NCBI GenBank assembly: GCA_964016885.1
Contig: OZ024743.1
Span: forward strand, 206,522,001-206,586,000
Length of the DNA: 64,000 nucleotides
DNA from: Eledone cirrhosa
Taxonomy: Eukaryota
Direction: 5' to 3'
Shown here: positions 60,801 through 64,000 of the stretch, piece by piece
How positions within the stretch are numbered: the first letter of the stretch is position 1
Layout: every line of letters starts with the position of its first letter
Made by a program: the position numbers and the translations under genes
The notes under the pieces: model-generated
Told to the model about the DNA's origin: nothing
The model's database searches: none
What the model saw: the letters and a program-made list of their open reading frames with translations, nothing else

Positions 60801-63800
60801 CCACTGTATAAAATCCATAGTCACAACTACTGTAAGACCACTGTATCAACAATACAGTCACAACTACTCTAAGAACACTGTATCAACACCACAGTCACAA
60901 CTACTGTAAGACCACTGTATCAACACCATAGTCATAACTACCGTAATACCACTGTATCAACACCATAGTCATAAGACCACTGTATGAACACCATAGTTAC
61001 AACTACTGTAACACCATTGTATCAACACCATAGTCATAACTACTGTAAGACCACTGTATCAACACCATAGTCATAAGACCACTGTATCAACACCATAGTC
61101 ACAACTACTGTAATACCACTGTATCAACACCATAGTCACAACTACTGTAAGACCACTGTATCAACACCATAGTCATAAGACCACTGTATCAACAACATAG
61201 ACACAACTACTGTAAGACCACTGTATCAACACCATAGTCAAAACTACTATAGTACCACTGTATCAACACCATAGTCACAACTACTGTAGTACCACTGTAT
61301 CAACACCATAGTCACAACTACTGTAAGACCACTGTATCAACACCACGGTCACAACTACTGTAAGATCACTGTGTCAACACCATAGTCATAACGACCGTAA
61401 GACCACTGTATCAACACCATAGTCAAAAGACCACTGTATCAACACCATCGTCACAACTACTGTAAGACCACTGTATCAACACCACAGTCACAACTACAGT
61501 AAGACCACTGTATCAACACCAGTCACAACTACTCTAAGACCACTGTATCAACACCACAGCCACAACTACTGTAAGACCACTGTATCAACACAATAATCAC
61601 AACTATTGTAAGACCACGGTATCAACACCGTAGTCACAACTACTGTAAGACCACTGTATCAACACCACAGTCACAACGTCTGTAAGACCACTGAATAAAC
61701 ACCATAGTCACAACTACTGTAAGACCACTGTATCAACACCACAGTCACAGCTAGTCTAAGACCACTGTATCAACACCACAGTCACAACTACTGTAAGCCC
61801 ACTTATAGTCATAACTACTGTAAGACCACTGTATCAACACCATAGTCATAACTACTGTAAGATCACTGTATCAACACCATAGTCACAACTACTGTAAGAC
61901 TACTGTGTCAGCACCACAGTCACAACTACTGTAAGACCACTGTATCAACACCATAGTCACAACTACAGTAAGACCACTGTATCAACACGATAGTCATAAC
62001 TATTGTAAGACCACTGTATGAACACCACAATCACAACTACAGTAAGACCACAGTATCAACACGTTAGTCACAACAACTGTAAGACCACTGTATGAAAACA
62101 ATAGTCATAACTACCGTAAGACCACTGTATCAACACCATAGTCATAACTAATGTAAGACCACTGTATCAACACCATATTCACAACTACTGTAAGACCACT
62201 GTATCAACACCATAGTCATAACGACCGTAAGACCACTGTATCAACACCATAGTCAAAAGACCACTGTATCAACACCATCGTCACAACTACTGTAAGACCA
62301 CTGTATCAACACCACAGTCACAACTACAGTAAGACCACTGTATCAACACCAGTCACAACTACTCTAAGACCACTGTATCAACACCACAGCCACAACTACT
62401 GTAAGACCACTGTATCAACACAATAATCACAACTATTGTAAGACCACGGTATCAACACCGTAGTCACAACTACTGTAAGACCACTGTATCAACACCACAG
62501 TCACAACGTCTGTAAGACCACTGAATAAACACCATAGTCACAACTACTGTAAGACCACTGTATCAACACCACAGTCACAGCTAGTCTAAGACCACTGTAT
62601 CAACACCACAGTCACAACTACTGTAAGCCCACTTATAGTCTAAGACCACTGTATCAACACCACAGTCACAACTACTGTAAGCCCACTTATAGTCATAACT
62701 ACTGTAAGACCACTGTATCAACACCATAGTCATAACTACTGTAAGATCACTGTATCAACACCATAGTCACAACTACTGTAAGACTACTGTGTCAGCACCA
62801 CAGTCACAACTACTGTAAGACCACTGTATCAACACCATAGTCACAACTACAGTAAGACCACTGTATCAACACGATAGTCATAACTATTGTAAGACCACTG
62901 TATGAACACCACAATCACAACTACAGTAAGACCACAGTATCAACACCATAGTCACAACTACTGTATGACCACTGTATGAAAACAATAGTCATAACTACCG
63001 TAAGACCACTGTATCAACACCATAGTCATAACTAATGTAAGACCACTGTATCAACACCATATTCACAACTACTGTAAGACCACTGTATCAACACCATAGT
63101 CATAACTACCGTAAGACCACCTTATCAACACCATAGTCATAAGACCACTGTATCAACACCATAGTGACAACTACTGTAAGACCACTGTATCAACACCATA
63201 GTCATAACTACTGTAAGACCACTCTATGAACACCACAGTCACAACTACAGTAAGACCACTTTATCAACACCATAGTCACAACTACTGTAAGACTACTGTA
63301 AGACCACTGTATCAACACCATAGTCATAAGTCCACTGTATCAACACCATAGTCACAATTACTGTAAGACTACTGTATCAACATCACAGTCACAACTACTG
63401 TAAGATCACTGTAACAACACCACAGCTACAACTACTGTAAGACCACTGTATCAACACCACAGCCACAACTACTGTAAGACCATTGATTCAACACCGTAGT
63501 CACAACTACTGTAAGACCACTGTATCAACACCACAGTCACAACGTCTGTAAGACCACTGTATCAACACAAAATTCACAACTACTGTAAGCCTACTGTATC
63601 AACACCATAGTCACAACTACTGTAAGACCACTGTATAAACACCATATTCATAACTACTGTAAGACCACTGTATAAAATCCATAGTCACAACTACTGTAAG
63701 ACCACTGTATCAACAATACAGTCACAACTACTCTAAGACCACTGTATCAACACCACAGTCACAACTACTGTAAGACCACTGTATCAACACCATAGTCATA

Positions 63801-64000
63801 ACTACCGTAATACCACTGTATCAACACCATAGTCATAAGACCACTGTATGAACACCATAGTTACAACTACTGTAACACCATTGTATCAACACCATAGTCA
63901 TAACTACTGTAAGACCACTGTATCAACACCATAGTCATAAGACCACTGTATCAACAACATAGACACAACTACTGTAAGACCACTGTATCAACACCATAGT
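51880..64000 (+). repeat. ~2219-bp higher-order repeat domain with internal 884-bp, 426-bp and 54-bp duplications
   Basis: GCCCACTTATAGTCTAAG at 53830, 56049 (+2219), 56933 (+884), 59152 (+2219) and 62627. GACTACTGTAAGACC at 52171, 54531, 57634, 59853 and 63291. Confidence 0.85.

Larger units (their letters stand above)
1..64000 (+). repeat. Tandem satellite array; 37-bp consensus ACAACTACTGTAAGACCACTGTATCAACACCAYAGTC interspersed with a 28-bp deletion variant ATAAGACCACTGTATCAACACCATAGTC; extends past both window edges
   Basis: The unit is read directly on every line, in one orientation, with typically 0-3 substitutions per monomer. No unique intervening sequence was seen. Consensus composition is A14 C11 T8 G4. 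Confidence 0.99.

Noticed and set aside
1-64000. CRISPR array (37-bp and 28-bp lengths are typical of CRISPR repeats)
   Set aside because: Units are directly head-to-tail with no unique spacers, no leader and no cas genes. Variation consists of point changes inherited in duplicated blocks.
1-64000. Thr/Ser-rich mucin- or adhesin-like CDS on + (reads TTTVRPLYQHHSHNYCKTTVSTP...)
   Set aside because: 37 is not a multiple of 3, so each frame cycles through all phases every 111 nt and meets TAG and TAA (…STP*SQLL*DHC…). The 28-mer keeps the same phase and also has stops.
1-64000. CDS on the minus strand
   Set aside because: The consensus 111-nt cycle contains TAG, TGA and TGA, so only short chance ORFs are possible.
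1-64000. Canonical telomerase-made telomere or G-quadruplex array
   Set aside because: There are no TTAGGG-like units or GGG tracts, and mutations are propagated in multi-kb blocks rather than reset by a template.
1-64000. Pure sequencing artefact (rolling-circle concatemer or noisy reads)
   Set aside because: Variants recur identically at fixed offsets in a nested hierarchy, and indels are rare and shared between copies, which is unlike random read error. Only the 10.1-kb duplication remains open to an assembly explanation.

Overview
The whole 64 kb window is one uninterrupted, head-to-tail tandem satellite array with no unique sequence. I find no genes, RNA genes, transposons or CRISPR spacers. 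The consensus monomer is 37 bp (ACAACTACTGTAAGACCACTGTATCAACACCAYAGTC, ~40% GC, strongly A/C-rich on +). A frequent 28-bp variant lacks 9 bp. By length alone there are roughly 1,750-1,800 monomers (estimate). The monomer is itself three degenerate ACYAYWGTM subrepeats. Diagnostic variants show a nested duplication history: tandem duplications of 54, 426, 722, 884, 1259, 1701 and 10,113 bp, a ~2219-bp higher-order repeat (HOR) in the last ~12 kb, and dispersed multi-kb block copies. The most unusual element is a 25-bp inverted monomer fragment that creates a 53-bp near-perfect palindrome (3-nt loop). It occurs in six copies, all in the first 19.3 kb, and is the only opposite-strand sequence I saw. 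The array looks like eukaryotic heterochromatic (peri/centromeric or subtelomeric) satellite DNA. I cannot identify the species or a named satellite family from the sequence alone. All alignments were done by eye.
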